A stretch of DNA of 64,000 nucleotides from an uncultured Acidobacteriota bacterium (GCA_913043225.1 CAJWLU010000009.1:76162-140161); one strand, 5' to 3'. Shown: positions 20,392 to 31,100, numbered from the stretch's first letter. A program made the numbers and translations. Notes: generated by a model from the letters alone, not told the origin.

Positions 20392-20424
20392 AATGGATTG
20401 TATCGCTCAGTCTTCCATTACAAT
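20392..20424. promoter_or_regulatory. Back-to-back TACAAT -10 boxes or inverted-repeat operator between divergent genes
   Basis: ATTGTA(20397)-N16-TACAAT(20419) and AATGGA(20392)...TCCATT(20414). Confidence 0.4.
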
Positions 20425-20475
20425 TGATCGGGATCTGTTCGTCGCGTGGCAGAGCGCGGCGGGAGGAAGGACCAG

Positions 20476-21822
20476 ATGACACGGATTAGCACATCGTTCG
20501 GCGGATGCGCGTTTGCCGGTCTCGGGCTGGTGCTGGCTATTCCGGCTGCTTCGTACGCGCAGGCAGAGGCAACGCCTACCTATAGCAAGGATGTGGCGCC
20601 GATTTTCCGCGAGAAGTGCGAGAACTGCCACCGGCCTGGCTACATCGCGCCGATGTCGCTACAGACCTACGCCGAGTCGCGGCCGTGGGCCCGCTCGATC
20701 AAGAACCGAGTCGAAACGCGGCAGATGCCGCCGTGGCATCTCGACCCCACGGTCGGCATTCAGGAGTTCGATAACGACCGGTCGTTGACCCGCGAGGAGA
20801 TCGACACCATCGTGCGCTGGGTCGACGGTGGCGCCCAGCAGGGGAATCCGGCCGACATGCCGCCGGCGGCGGTGTTCGCCGACGACGATGTCTGGAACTT
20901 CGCCGACCGATTTGGAGGCCCCCCCGATCTGATCGTCAAGTCGACGCCCTACACTATGCCGGCGCTGTCGCAGGACCACTGGTGGAAGCCGCTGGTGCCG
21001 ACCGGTCTGACCGAGGACCGCTGGGTGCGGGCCATCGAGATCCGCCCCTCGACCGTCCAGGGCCGGAAGATTACCCACCATGCGCTGGCCCGCCTTGTGC
21101 AGGAGGAGGACGAAGCCGACAAGGAAAACCTTCTTCAGGGTGCTGGGCTGCTTATGGAGTGGGCGGTCGGTAAGCAGGGCGAGATCATGCGGGAGAACAG
21201 CGGCAAGCTGGTGAAGGCTGGCTCGCAGATCCACTGGGATATCCACTACTCGTCGGCCGGTGAGGAGATCACTGATCAGGCTGAACTGGGCCTGTATTTC
21301 TATCCGAAGGACGAGCCCCCCAAGCACCGTCAGGTGCTGTCGATCTGGATGGGCATTGAGGGCGGACCGAGAAACCTGCTGATTCCACCTAACACCGTGC
21401 TGTCGACTGAGTCGAACATCGTGCTCCGCGAGAACGGCCGGATCGAAAATTTCCAGCCGCATATGCACTTGCGTGGAGACGGAATGCAGATGACTGCCAT
21501 CACACCGAATGGGCGCACGCAGGTGCTGAGCCGGGTGAGCGATTTCAACTTCAACTGGCACAACAACTACGTCTACGCCGACCACGCCGCCCCGCTGTTG
21601 CCCAAGGGCACGGTAATCGAGGTTAAGGCATGGTGGGACAACACGTCGACCAACCGAGCCAATCCGGACCCTAATCAGTGGGTGGGCTGGGGAGATCGGA
21701 CCGTGGATGAGATGGCGCACGCCTGGGTGAATGTCACCTACATGGACGACGAAGACTTCGAGGCTGCGCAGGCCGAGCGCGAAGAGGTGCTGGCCGAGCT
21801 CGAGGACGGCGACGGCGAGTAG
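20476..21822 (+). CDS. Cytochrome c-fused copper type II (PHM/DBH-like) monooxygenase-like protein
   Basis: CENCH heme motif with MPPW; copper-ligand pattern THHA, DIHY, PHMHLRG, DEM. Confidence 0.75.
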   Translation: MTRISTSFGGCAFAGLGLVLAIPAASYAQAEATPTYSKDVAPIFREKCENCHRPGYIAPMSLQTYAESRPWARSIKNRVETRQMPPWHLDPTVGIQEFDNDRSLTREEIDTIVRWVDGGAQQGNPADMPPAAVFADDDVWNFADRFGGPPDLIVKSTPYTMPALSQDHWWKPLVPTGLTEDRWVRAIEIRPSTVQGRKITHHALARLVQEEDEADKENLLQGAGLLMEWAVGKQGEIMRENSGKLVKAGSQIHWDIHYSSAGEEITDQAELGLYFYPKDEPPKHRQVLSIWMGIEGGPRNLLIPPNTVLSTESNIVLRENGRIENFQPHMHLRGDGMQMTAITPNGRTQVLSRVSDFNFNWHNNYVYADHAAPLLPKGTVIEVKAWWDNTSTNRANPDPNQWVGWGDRTVDEMAHAWVNVTYMDDEDFEAAQAEREEVLAELEDGDGE

Positions 21823-21907
21823 TCTGGTCACACCGACGGCCACGGGGAATATCGGAGCCGGCCCGGGACGATTCGGGGCGGCTCCGTCACGTACGAGGAG
21901 AACGGAA

Positions 21908-22741
21908 ATGCGGTTCGATCTGGCTTGCTTGGTCGGAGGGGTCGTCGTGCTGCTGGGCGCCGCTGGGGCGTCGGCGCAGATACCGGGCTCGCTGGAGAAC
22001 TTCGGTGGGCCGGTAGCCCCGATGTTCGAAGGCTGGTACGACAACGGCGACGGCACGGTGACCGTGTTGGTGGGCTTCTTCAACCCTAACCAAGAAGAGG
22101 TGATCGACATCCCGGTTGGCGAGCTGAACCGGTGGGAGCCTGGCGACGACGACCGGGGCCAGCCGACGCACTTTCCGCCCGGGCGTGGCTGGGGGGTCAT
22201 GACACTCCAGGTGCCGCGCGACTTCAGCGGCGAGCTGCGCTGGGCGTTGTCGGCCAACGACCAGCCGACGTCGATACCGGTAAACCTCGACGCGCCGTAC
22301 TTCATCGAGCCGCTTCGTGACGCGGCTGACGGCAATGAACCGCCCACGATCCGTTTCGCCGAAAACGGTGGGGGCTTCACTGGCCCGCCGATCGGTATCG
22401 CGTGGGAGATGACCGCCACGGTAGGTGTCCCGCTTGAGCTGAGTGTGTGGACCTCCGACGTTAAGCCGGAGCATGAGGAGCCGGGCGGAGGTGGCGGTCG
22501 TCGCCGGGCGACCCTGACGTTGAACTGGTACTTGCACCGCGGTCCGGCCGACGTGGAGATCGGAGAAACGTCGCAGCGGTTTACCGACTCTGCGGATCAG
22601 AATCCCCGGACCACGGTGACCTTCAGCTCCCCTGGTGAGTACGTCCTCAGGGCCGAGGCGCTCGACGAGACCGGGGCCGGCGGCGGCGGCTTCCAGTGCT
22701 GCTGGACGTCGGCGCTGGTGAAGGTGACGGTCGCTCCGTAG
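21908..22741 (+). CDS. Secreted hypothetical protein (Ig/PKD-like C-terminus, CC motif)
   Basis: RBS GAGGAG, signal peptide, FEGWY..GQPTHF, PGEYVLR...FQCCWT. Confidence 0.7.
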   Translation: MRFDLACLVGGVVVLLGAAGASAQIPGSLENFGGPVAPMFEGWYDNGDGTVTVLVGFFNPNQEEVIDIPVGELNRWEPGDDDRGQPTHFPPGRGWGVMTLQVPRDFSGELRWALSANDQPTSIPVNLDAPYFIEPLRDAADGNEPPTIRFAENGGGFTGPPIGIAWEMTATVGVPLELSVWTSDVKPEHEEPGGGGGRRRATLTLNWYLHRGPADVEIGETSQRFTDSADQNPRTTVTFSSPGEYVLRAEALDETGAGGGGFQCCWTSALVKVTVAP

Positions 22742-23179
22742 TGCCCGGACGGTCCGCCCGTTGGCTGTTGGGACCGGGCGACGACGTGACGTTCGCTAGG
22801 GGCTAGCCCTATTCGATCCCATTCGCCGTTTAACCGACATCAGTTATTTGAGCCGCTCCATCTGGCTCTCCCGTCCCGCGTTGCGCCGAATTTGTTCGAG
22901 TCGCACGGAGTTGTCCCGAAGTGCCTCTCGTGCCTGAGCGGTGCAGTCCACCAGCGTGACGTCCTTCGAGCGATCTTCGGCAAGGATTCGATGGGGGCCA
23001 TGTCGCTTGTTTCGCCTGGAAAATCTTCATTGGATGTCGAACCTTGGTCGACACGCAAAGGGTCACCGTAAGCCGCTTCTGCAATGGCCGTCGTCGGCGA
23101 ACGGGTGTATAAGGGGCAAGAACGGAGGAATATGAGACCAGGCACCCCTCGCTGGGGTCCGGTCGGGGGAGAATCTGCA

Positions 23180-24196
23180 ATGAGCTGCCGAGCTGTCGTG
23201 TCAGGTCTCGTCTGGAGCGTGGTGGTCGGAAGTTTTGGAGTTGGCGGTCTCGCCGAGGCGCAAGAGGTTCCGCGCACCGGGTGGGGAGCGCCTGACCTCC
23301 AGGGGGTCTGGGATTTTCGCACCATTACTCCGATGCAGCGCCCTGAACACTACGGGGACAAAGAGTTCCTCACCCCAGAGGAGGCGGCTGAGCTTGACGC
23401 TGCCGAAGAGGAACGTCAGCGGTTACTCTGGCAGGCGCCCGCCGAGCGGACTACCGCCGGTGAGAACGTCGACCGACGAACCGGGGTCGGTGAGGTGCGC
23501 GGGGCACCAGGGTCCTACAACCAGTTCTGGATCGACGTTGGCACCAACACGATCGAGACCCGCCGAACGTCGCTCGTTATAGACCCGCCGAACGGTCGTT
23601 ACCCGGAGCAGACCGAGGCCGCTCGTGAGCGAGCCTCGGCGCGCCGCGCCTATGCTGCCGAGCACCCTGCCGACAGCTGGGAGGACTTCAGCGCCGGGGT
23701 TCGTTGCATCCTTGGTTTCAATGCAGGTCCTCCGTTCACCCCGAGCGCCTACAACAACAACATCCAGCTGTTCCAGACCCCAGACCACGTCGTGATCATG
23801 ACCGAAATGGTTCACACTTCCCGGGTGATCCCGCTTGATGGGCGCCCGCATCTTCCGGCAGGCGTTCTGCAGTGGTCGGGCGATTCACGCGGCCAGTGGG
23901 AGGGTGACACGCTGCTGATCGAAACCCGGAATTTCGATCCCAAGCGCCGCTGGCGGAACACGACGGGCCGCGCGAGACTGATCGAGCGGTTGACCCGCAT
24001 CGACGAGGACACGCTCGAGTACGAGTTCACTGTTGAGGATTCAGAGACCTGGATGCGGCCGTGGACGGCCAGCGTGCCGCTCCGTCTGAATCCTGATCCC
24101 GTCTTCGAGTTCGCTTGCCACGAGGGCAACTATTCGATGCCCGTGATGCTCGGTGGGGCCCGCGTCGAGGAACTCGAGGCGGCTGGGGCGCGGTGA
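23180..24196 (+). CDS. Secreted hypothetical protein, PDLQGVW/ACHEGN family (copy 1)
   Basis: PRTGWGAPDLQGVW, YNQFW, RC..G..AGPP, YNNN, GDSRG.WEGDTL, EFACHEGNY. Confidence 0.8.
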   Translation: MSCRAVVSGLVWSVVVGSFGVGGLAEAQEVPRTGWGAPDLQGVWDFRTITPMQRPEHYGDKEFLTPEEAAELDAAEEERQRLLWQAPAERTTAGENVDRRTGVGEVRGAPGSYNQFWIDVGTNTIETRRTSLVIDPPNGRYPEQTEAARERASARRAYAAEHPADSWEDFSAGVRCILGFNAGPPFTPSAYNNNIQLFQTPDHVVIMTEMVHTSRVIPLDGRPHLPAGVLQWSGDSRGQWEGDTLLIETRNFDPKRRWRNTTGRARLIERLTRIDEDTLEYEFTVEDSETWMRPWTASVPLRLNPDPVFEFACHEGNYSMPVMLGGARVEELEAAGAR

Positions 24197-25056
24197 ATCG
24201 ACGATGGACCGTGCTGTCAGTCTTGGCGCTGTTCTCAGCGCTGGCGCATCCTGCGCGCGCGCAACTCGCCGAGCCCAACGCCTCTGGGGTGGCGATGGGA
24301 CACCTTCACTACTACGTGCGCGACCTGGATGCCAACCAGCAATTTTGGGAGGCACTAGGTGGAGTGGCGTCAGAGTTTGGGTCGTCGAGGGTGCTGTCGT
24401 TTCCCGGGGTCCTAGTCTTCCTGACCGAGGGAGAGCCTGAGGGTGGGACCGAGGGTTCGGTGCTCAACCACATGGCCTTTAGGGTGTGGTCGCTCGATCA
24501 GGTGGCGGCGGCAGGGCTGACCTTTGATGTGTCCGAGCGATTCCCCGGAGTGACCAACGTGTTCACGCCGGAGGCCGAACGGATCGAGCTCTTCGACGAA
24601 AGCGCGACCAATCTTGAGTTCACTCTGGCCGACGGTGGCCGGGATCCTGTTGCAGATCGTCACAATCGACCGCTTCTTGGACCGATTGCCGCCCACCATT
24701 TCCATCTCTATCTGACGGCGGACGAGGTGGCTATGGCGCAGGTGTGGTACGCCGAGACGTTTGGCGGGATACCTGGGACCCGGTGGCGTTACGACGCAGT
24801 CGATCTCCCCGGCATCAATATCAACTTTTCGCACAATCCGGACGCTGGAGGAGTGGGCACTAGGGGGCGGATGCTGGACCACGTCGGTTTCGAGGTGGAC
24901 GGGCTCGAAGCGTTCTGTGCTGAGCTCGAGGCACGAGGAATCCAGTTCGACGTGTCCTACACGGTCCATGCGTCAGGCATCGGGTACGCTTTTCTCACCG
25001 ATCCATGGGGCGTCTACATTGAGTTGACCGAGGGCCTGCGATCGCTCGGGTTCTGA
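24193..25056 (+). CDS. Secreted VOC/glyoxalase-family protein (two domains)
   Basis: GTGA coupling, signal peptide, GHLH, NHMAF, DHVGFEV, DPWGVYIELTE. Confidence 0.8.
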   Translation: MNRRWTVLSVLALFSALAHPARAQLAEPNASGVAMGHLHYYVRDLDANQQFWEALGGVASEFGSSRVLSFPGVLVFLTEGEPEGGTEGSVLNHMAFRVWSLDQVAAAGLTFDVSERFPGVTNVFTPEAERIELFDESATNLEFTLADGGRDPVADRHNRPLLGPIAAHHFHLYLTADEVAMAQVWYAETFGGIPGTRWRYDAVDLPGININFSHNPDAGGVGTRGRMLDHVGFEVDGLEAFCAELEARGIQFDVSYTVHASGIGYAFLTDPWGVYIELTEGLRSLGF

Positions 25057-25271
25057 CGGTTGGGCCGTGGGGCATCAGGTTCAAGGACGCGGTACACGAA
25101 GCAGAGTGATCTCACGACCGACGATGCTCCGGACCCAGACGCGCCTGTGGAACGGAAGTCGGCTGTGGCGCTGTTGGAGGTCTTGTCCGACATGCTTATC
25201 GCAAACGGGGTAAGACGAAGCGACGGCGGAGCCAGACGCCGAAGATCTATGCACCAGAGAACGTGAACGCC

Positions 25272-26180
25272 CTACACTTCTTCGCCTTGTCGGAGTGAGG
25301 GGCCGTTAGGGAGCTCGACGGACGTCGGCGCCTTGCGAAAACGCTTAGCGAGATAGCGCACCGGCGCGAGCACCGTATTGCGCAGCGGGACCGTCTCACC
25401 GTGTGGGCGCAATAGCAGAATCGAGACATCGTCCTCGGAGAGATTTTGAGGCGACAGAGCTTTGACTCGCTTGACGAGCGCAGAGATCAGTTGCTGGGGT
25501 TCGGTCGGTCCGATTTGGTCGAGGAGGCGGCGGAGACCGTCGCTTCCGAGCATCTCTCCGTCAGCGCCGACCGCTTCATATAGCCCGTCGGTGAAGCACA
25601 GCACCAGATCGCCGGTCCGAAGTGAGAGTCGATTCTGGCTAAACCCGGAGGAGTCGAAAACTCCAAGGGGGATGTTCGAGGGCGTTGCCTCAACCTGGGG
25701 AGTCTCGATGTTTCGCCACATACCCTCTTGGATGTCATAGCGAAGGGGAGGAGGGTGACCGGCGTTGGTCAGTGTGAGCGCGCTGGTGGGAATGAAGAAG
25801 GTCGCGATGATGCCCGTGGCGAACGTGCGGGCGTCGCCCAGAGACACGAACTCCCGGTTGACAGATCTGACGAGACGATCCTGGTCGATGTGGTCGATAT
25901 GCCGTTGCATTAGCTTGCGCAGGCGAGTCGCCAACTCCGCGACCGGCCGACCGTGACCGCAAACGTCTGCCAGCGCGAACCGTGTGATCCGTCCCGACGA
26001 GCACGATGACAGGTAGTAGACGTCGCCGCCGCTTGGATCGTCGCCGAACGGTTTGCTGTAGAGCCAGACGTCGAGGCCTGCGGTAGACACCGTGGTGTTG
26101 GCGGCGCCGTTACCTCCCCAGACCTGCAGACACTCGAGACGTGAGTCCGTACGTTCTGATGGGTTCGACTGGTTGTTCAT
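25272..26180 (-). CDS. PP2C/SpoIIE (RsbU-type) Ser/Thr phosphatase
   Basis: GGDVY, LADVCGHG, NAGHPPP, FTDGL.E, DDVSIL. Confidence 0.85.
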   Translation of the reverse strand: MNNQSNPSERTDSRLECLQVWGGNGAANTTVSTAGLDVWLYSKPFGDDPSGGDVYYLSSCSSGRITRFALADVCGHGRPVAELATRLRKLMQRHIDHIDQDRLVRSVNREFVSLGDARTFATGIIATFFIPTSALTLTNAGHPPPLRYDIQEGMWRNIETPQVEATPSNIPLGVFDSSGFSQNRLSLRTGDLVLCFTDGLYEAVGADGEMLGSDGLRRLLDQIGPTEPQQLISALVKRVKALSPQNLSEDDVSILLLRPHGETVPLRNTVLAPVRYLAKRFRKAPTSVELPNGPSLRQGEEV

Positions 26181-27562
26181 CTGATACGCCCAAGTAGATG
26201 TCGTAGCGCCGGTGTGACCTCCGGATATCGAAACGTGAAGCCCGAATCCAGAAGACGTGATGGTCGCACCCGCGTTCCGCCAAGCAGCAACGCGTCAGCC
26301 ATTACGCCGAAGAGCCCGCGGAGGGCCACCGCGGGAACGGGGACCATGGTCGGACGACGGAGCACCGACCCAAGGGCATGGGTGAACGTGCGATTGTCGA
26401 CCGCGTGAGGGGCCACTACATTTACAGGCCCGTCCAGGGATGGCTCGGACATCACGTGTAGAACCGCCGCGAGCACATCATCGATCGAGATCCAACTCAT
26501 CATCTGACGACCTGATCCCAGCACTCCGCCTATCCCCAAGCGGAACGGAGAGAGCATCCGAGCGAGTGCGCCGCCAGCCGGAGTCAGCACGACACCAAGA
26601 CGAAGGTGCAGCACGCGGATGCCCGCGTTCCTAGCCGGCTGGGCAGCGGCCTCCCACTCCTGGCACACGTTGGCCAGAAAGTCCTCACCCTGAGGGGACG
26701 ACTCGTCGACCGGAGTTAGGTTGCGGTGGCCGTAGATACCGATGGCCGATGCGCAGATCAGGGTGCGTGGAGGGTGTTCGAGTCGCGCCAGCTGCTCGGT
26801 AAGTTGTCGTGTTCCAGCGACCCGGCTTTCTCGGATTCGCTGTTTGCGCGCGTTTGTCCAGCGGCCGCCGGCGATGTTTTCGCCGGCGAGGTGAATCACG
26901 GTGTCGGATGTACCCAGGACCTCGTCTGGCCACCGACCTGCCACGCTGGAGACGGCGTCTTGGTCTGAAGAGGCCGGCCGTGTCAATCGAGTGACCCGAT
27001 GCCCGCCACTCCCCAAGAACGCGGTGAGCGCGGTGCCGATGAGGCCGCTCGAACCGGTCACGGCGACCCGTTGCGGTGCGAGTCCGTAGTTTTGATGGCA
27101 GGAGAGGTCGGCGGTGGTGACTCGGTGCCGATAGGCAAACATGCGATCGATCGCTTGTTGCGCCAGAGTGTTTCCGACCCGGCCGAGTGGACCAAAGGGC
27201 AGGGTGTAGGTAACCACGTCCTCCAGGCGAGTCTGTTTGTCACCGACATCCTCGAATCGATGTAAGTGGTGCCAGGCTCCGAATGGTCCCAGGTGCTGAC
27301 GGTCAGTGAAGAAGGCACCAGGCTCCCATTCTTCATGACGAGCGGTCCAGGGGCGCCATAGCGGGCCTAGGCCCACGGCAAGTCTCACTTCAGTGCCCGG
27401 CTCGGGAGGAGTTCCGGTTGTGCCCAGGACCCTAGTCTTCGCCCAAGGCGGTGCGAGTCGGTCAAACGCGCCGGGGCGGGTATGCCACTCGAAGACACTT
27501 TCACGCGGCGCATCGATCACTGACGATCGTCGGTATTCGGGCATTGGAAGGGAGTCGCTCAT
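26177..27562 (-). CDS. SRPBCC-domain + TIGR01777 family NAD(P)-dependent epimerase-like protein
   Basis: VFEWH.RPGAF..L.PPW, GPF..W.H.H.F, VTGSSGLIG, HLAGENIA, SASAIG. Start placed downstream of a TATAAT box (alternative start 27544). Confidence 0.85.
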   Translation of the reverse strand: MSDSLPMPEYRRSSVIDAPRESVFEWHTRPGAFDRLAPPWAKTRVLGTTGTPPEPGTEVRLAVGLGPLWRPWTARHEEWEPGAFFTDRQHLGPFGAWHHLHRFEDVGDKQTRLEDVVTYTLPFGPLGRVGNTLAQQAIDRMFAYRHRVTTADLSCHQNYGLAPQRVAVTGSSGLIGTALTAFLGSGGHRVTRLTRPASSDQDAVSSVAGRWPDEVLGTSDTVIHLAGENIAGGRWTNARKQRIRESRVAGTRQLTEQLARLEHPPRTLICASAIGIYGHRNLTPVDESSPQGEDFLANVCQEWEAAAQPARNAGIRVLHLRLGVVLTPAGGALARMLSPFRLGIGGVLGSGRQMMSWISIDDVLAAVLHVMSEPSLDGPVNVVAPHAVDNRTFTHALGSVLRRPTMVPVPAVALRGLFGVMADALLLGGTRVRPSRLLDSGFTFRYPEVTPALRHLLGRIR

Positions 27563-27590
27563 GTGATGTCTGATGGCGTTTCCATATTGA

Positions 27591-27625
27591 ATTATACTCA
27601 AAATAATTTTCTTTTAAAGAAGATC
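27591..27625 (-). promoter_or_regulatory. AT-rich promoter with perfect TATAAT
   Basis: Minus-strand TATAAT at 27591-27596 inside a short AT-rich island in GC-rich DNA. Confidence 0.6.
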
Positions 27626-27698
27626 AAGGGGCTGCTCCAGTCCCAGTGGGACGAGGTGAGCCTCGTTGAGGGTGGGTGCGTAGCTGGCGTGGTCGGGG

Positions 27699-27987
27699 GA
27701 TTCTTAGATTACGGAACGTGACGGGTCCGCTCTGGCCGCGGATGGCGGTGTCGCCTGAGGTTTCCCGGCCGTAGCGCGGGAGCTCAGAGAGCTTGCTGGC
27801 CTGCATCTGGGTCATCCGGTTGTCGCTGTCTATGTCGCACTCGAGAAGCTTCACCCCGTTCATTCAGTGCTTGCCGTGGTCGCCACGAACCACGAGGCGC
27901 GAGGCATGCCGTTCTCCGACAGGCCGGGGGCATGTCGCGGATCGGCTGGTAAATCGAATAGTGGCTACCGGCGGACGTGATGGGGGC
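27699..27987 (-). pseudogene. Decayed 3' half of a DUF1080 (3-keto-disaccharide hydrolase-like) gene
   Basis: APITSAGSHYSIYQPIRD / frameshift near 27926-27930 / RPVGE..SRLVVRGDHGKH*MNGVKLLE...ASK...RYGRE.SG...FRNLRI. Confidence 0.7.
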
Positions 27988-28105
27988 GCGGTAGAGCCTG
28001 CGGCGCCAACTCGAGGCCAGTGACGGATACTCGTCGTTTACCCCTTGCTCCTGGTGTATAAAACACCAGATATAACCCTGTGTTCTCCGACGGAGCGTAA
28101 AGCCT

Positions 28106-31100
28106 ATGCATCTCCGCCGTCTTGCTCCGGTCTCGTCGTTGCTGTGCTGCGTGGCAGTCCTGCTGGGAGACGCCGAACAGGCCGTGGCCCAGGCCACGGC
28201 ACCGGTCGACTTTCAGCGTGATGTCAGGCCGATCCTGGCAGACAACTGCTTCCAGTGCCACGGGCCGGACGAAGGTTCCCGTATGGCCGGTCTCCGCCTC
28301 GACACAGAGGATGGGGCCACGGCTGCGCGTCCTGGCGGTGCAGCTGTGGTCCGATCCGATCCCGCCGCCAGCCGGCTGATCGCCAGGACTACGGAAGAGG
28401 ATCCGGCCCGTCGGATGCCGCCGGCCTCCGCCAACAAGGCATTGGATATTTCCGAGGTCGAGACACTACGGCGCTGGATCGACGAAGGGGCCTCATGGGA
28501 TCAGCACTGGGCCTTCAAGGCGATCGAGAGCCCCGCGTTGCCAGCAATCTCGGACGACGCCTGGGTGCGCCAGCCGCTGGACCGCTTCGTGCTGTCCCGA
28601 CTCAAGACCGAGGGGCTCGGGCCGGCCGACGAGGCTGAGCGCCGCACGTTGGCTAGACGGGTGGCGCTCGACCTCACCGGCCTGCCGATCGATCCCGGCA
28701 GGCTAGCGAGCTTTCTCGAAGACACCGAATCGGGGGCGTACGAACGTCTTGTGGATCGCCTGCTCGCGTCGAGCCATTGGGGTGAGCACCGCGCTCGCTA
28801 TTGGCTGGACGCGGCCCGCTATGGGGATACTCATGGCATCCACATCGACAACTATCGCGAGATGTATGCCTACCGCGACTGGGTGATTCGGGCGTTCAAC
28901 GCCAACAAGCCGTTCGACGAGTTCACGGTCGAGCAGGTCGCGGGCGACTTGCTGACGGAGCCGACGCTTGACCAACTCGTTGCCACGGGCTTCCAGCGTA
29001 ACAACATCACCACTAACGAGGGTGGAGTGGTGCCGGAGGAGTACGAGGCGATCTACGCGAAAGACCGGACGGAGACCATTGGGAACGTCTTTCTCGGGTT
29101 GACGGTCGGATGTGCCACCTGCCACGACCATAAGTTCGACCCGATCGCCCAGCGTGAGTTCTATGCGATGACCGCATTCTTCCGGAACACTACCCAGTAC
29201 GTGATGGATGGCAACGTGTCAGACCCGCCTCCCATCCTGGTGGTACCGGGGGAGGGTGACAGGGAACGGTGGCACCAATTGCGGGCCGAAGCGCGCGAGC
29301 TAGACGGCGCGATCCGCGCCCGGGACGCGGCCATTGACCCGGTGTTTGTCGAGTGGTTGACTCGTGGCGATCATCGCGAGGTGGAGACGCCGCTCGAGCC
29401 AGGCGCCGACTGGCTCAGACTGATGCTCGAGGAGCCCGAGCCGGCCGTCTGGGTAGATGGGGAGCGTCAAACCATTACCGTCGAGGGAGCCACTATCGGC
29501 GAGGGACCGAACGGACTTCGGGCGTTGATGTTCGACGACGGAGCCTGGGCCGAGCTGCCGTCGCTGGGGCTCGACAGCGATATCCCGTTCTCCTTGGCGA
29601 TGTGGATCTACCAACCCGAAGACGAAGGCAACTTCGTTGTCGCGGGGCAATACGACCAGCAGGACGGTGGCCGGGGGTGGGCGGTGACCATTGGCTCCCG
29701 CCAGCTCAGCTTCCGGGTCAGCGGAGATCGACTGGGTCCGGGACTCGGCGCCACTAGCGCCAGGGTCGGGCCGATTAACACGAAGCGGATGCCCACTGGG
29801 CTCTGGACCCACATCGTGCTGACTCACGACGGAACGGCCGAGCGAGGCGGCCTGCACGTCTACCAGAACGGTGAGCGGATCGAAGAGCAGGGGAGCGAGT
29901 TCTTTGCTAAGGCCGAGGGCCGGATTCTGAGTGACGCGCCCTTCTACTTAGGTCGGGGCGATGCGACTGATCGACAGGGCAACCCCGTGGTGCGGCACTT
30001 TGGTGGCGGTGGGATCGCCGATTTCCGAGTATTCCGCCGGGTCCTGTCTCCGGAAGAGGCCAAAGTGGTCTCCGAGTGGCAGGCGGTGCGGCGAGGTAGC
30101 GGGAAGTCGCCGGAAGGACTGGACTCCGACGAGCGGGAGGCGCTACGCCTTCGGTATCTGTCCATCGATGATGCCGAGTACCGAGCGTTACTCCTTCGCC
30201 GCCAGGAGATCGACCGCGAGTGGCGAGAGGTGCGCCGCCGCGGCAGCGTGACCCATGTCATGCAAGAGAATACCGAGGGTGAGGCGTTCGCGCACGTGCT
30301 CAACCGCGGCATGTACGACCAGCCGCTCGAGCGCGTGGTGGCAGGTACTCCCGCCGCGTTGCCTCCGATGGCTGACTCGCTGCCGCGGAACAGGATGGGC
30401 CTCGCACGGTGGCTCACGGCCAAGGACAATCCGCTGACAGCGCGCGTCACGGTCAATCGGTTCTGGCAGCAGGTCTTCGGTGTAGGGTTGGTCGAGTCGG
30501 CAGAAGACTTCGGCGCTCAGGGGACCACGCCGACGCATCCAGAGCTGCTCGATTATCTAGCCACAAACTTTCGCGAGTCCGGGTGGGACGTGAAGCAGTT
30601 CTTCCGCACGCTGGTGACCTCGTCCACCTACCGCCAGGCGGCGGTGACGACACCCGAGAAGGTGGAGCGTGACCCTGCCAACCGGCTATTGTCGCGGGGA
30701 CCCCGCTTCCGAATGGACGCGGAGATGATTCGGGACTACGCGCTGGCCGCCAGCGGCCTCTTGGTGCGGACCATCGGTGGCCCGAGCGTCAAGCCGTATC
30801 AGCCGGACGGCGTATGGGCGACCGTGGCGATGCCCCAGAGCAACACCCGGACCTATGAAGTGGATAACGGAGACAAGCTCTACCGGCGGAGTCTGTACAC
30901 ATTCTGGAAGCGGTCGGCGCCGCCCGCCTCCATGGACATCTTTAACGCTCCCACCCGCGAGCACTCGACGGTTCGCCGGGAGCGTACGAACACTCCGCTT
31001 CAGGCCTTAGTGACGATGAACGACACGCAGTTCGTCGAAGCGGCGCGTCACCTGGCGCAGCGGGCGATGCGCGAGGCAGGCGATGACTTCGACCGCCGAC

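Noticed and set aside
20659..22419. Long antisense ORFs (also 44725-45987, 51967-53337, 14440-15522, 63377-63997)
   Set aside because: Shadows of well-supported genes on the opposite strand, as expected in high-GC DNA; no motifs
22742..23130. ~390-bp gap that might hold an ncRNA or gene remnant
   Set aside because: No RNA family motif or protein similarity I can support
25060..25266. 68-aa ORF between convergent genes
   Set aside because: TTG start, no RBS, no recognisable motif
27864..27866. TGA in the DUF1080 fragment as a second recoding site
   Set aside because: It replaces Trp in a fragment that also has a frameshift, a lost 5' half and degraded motifs
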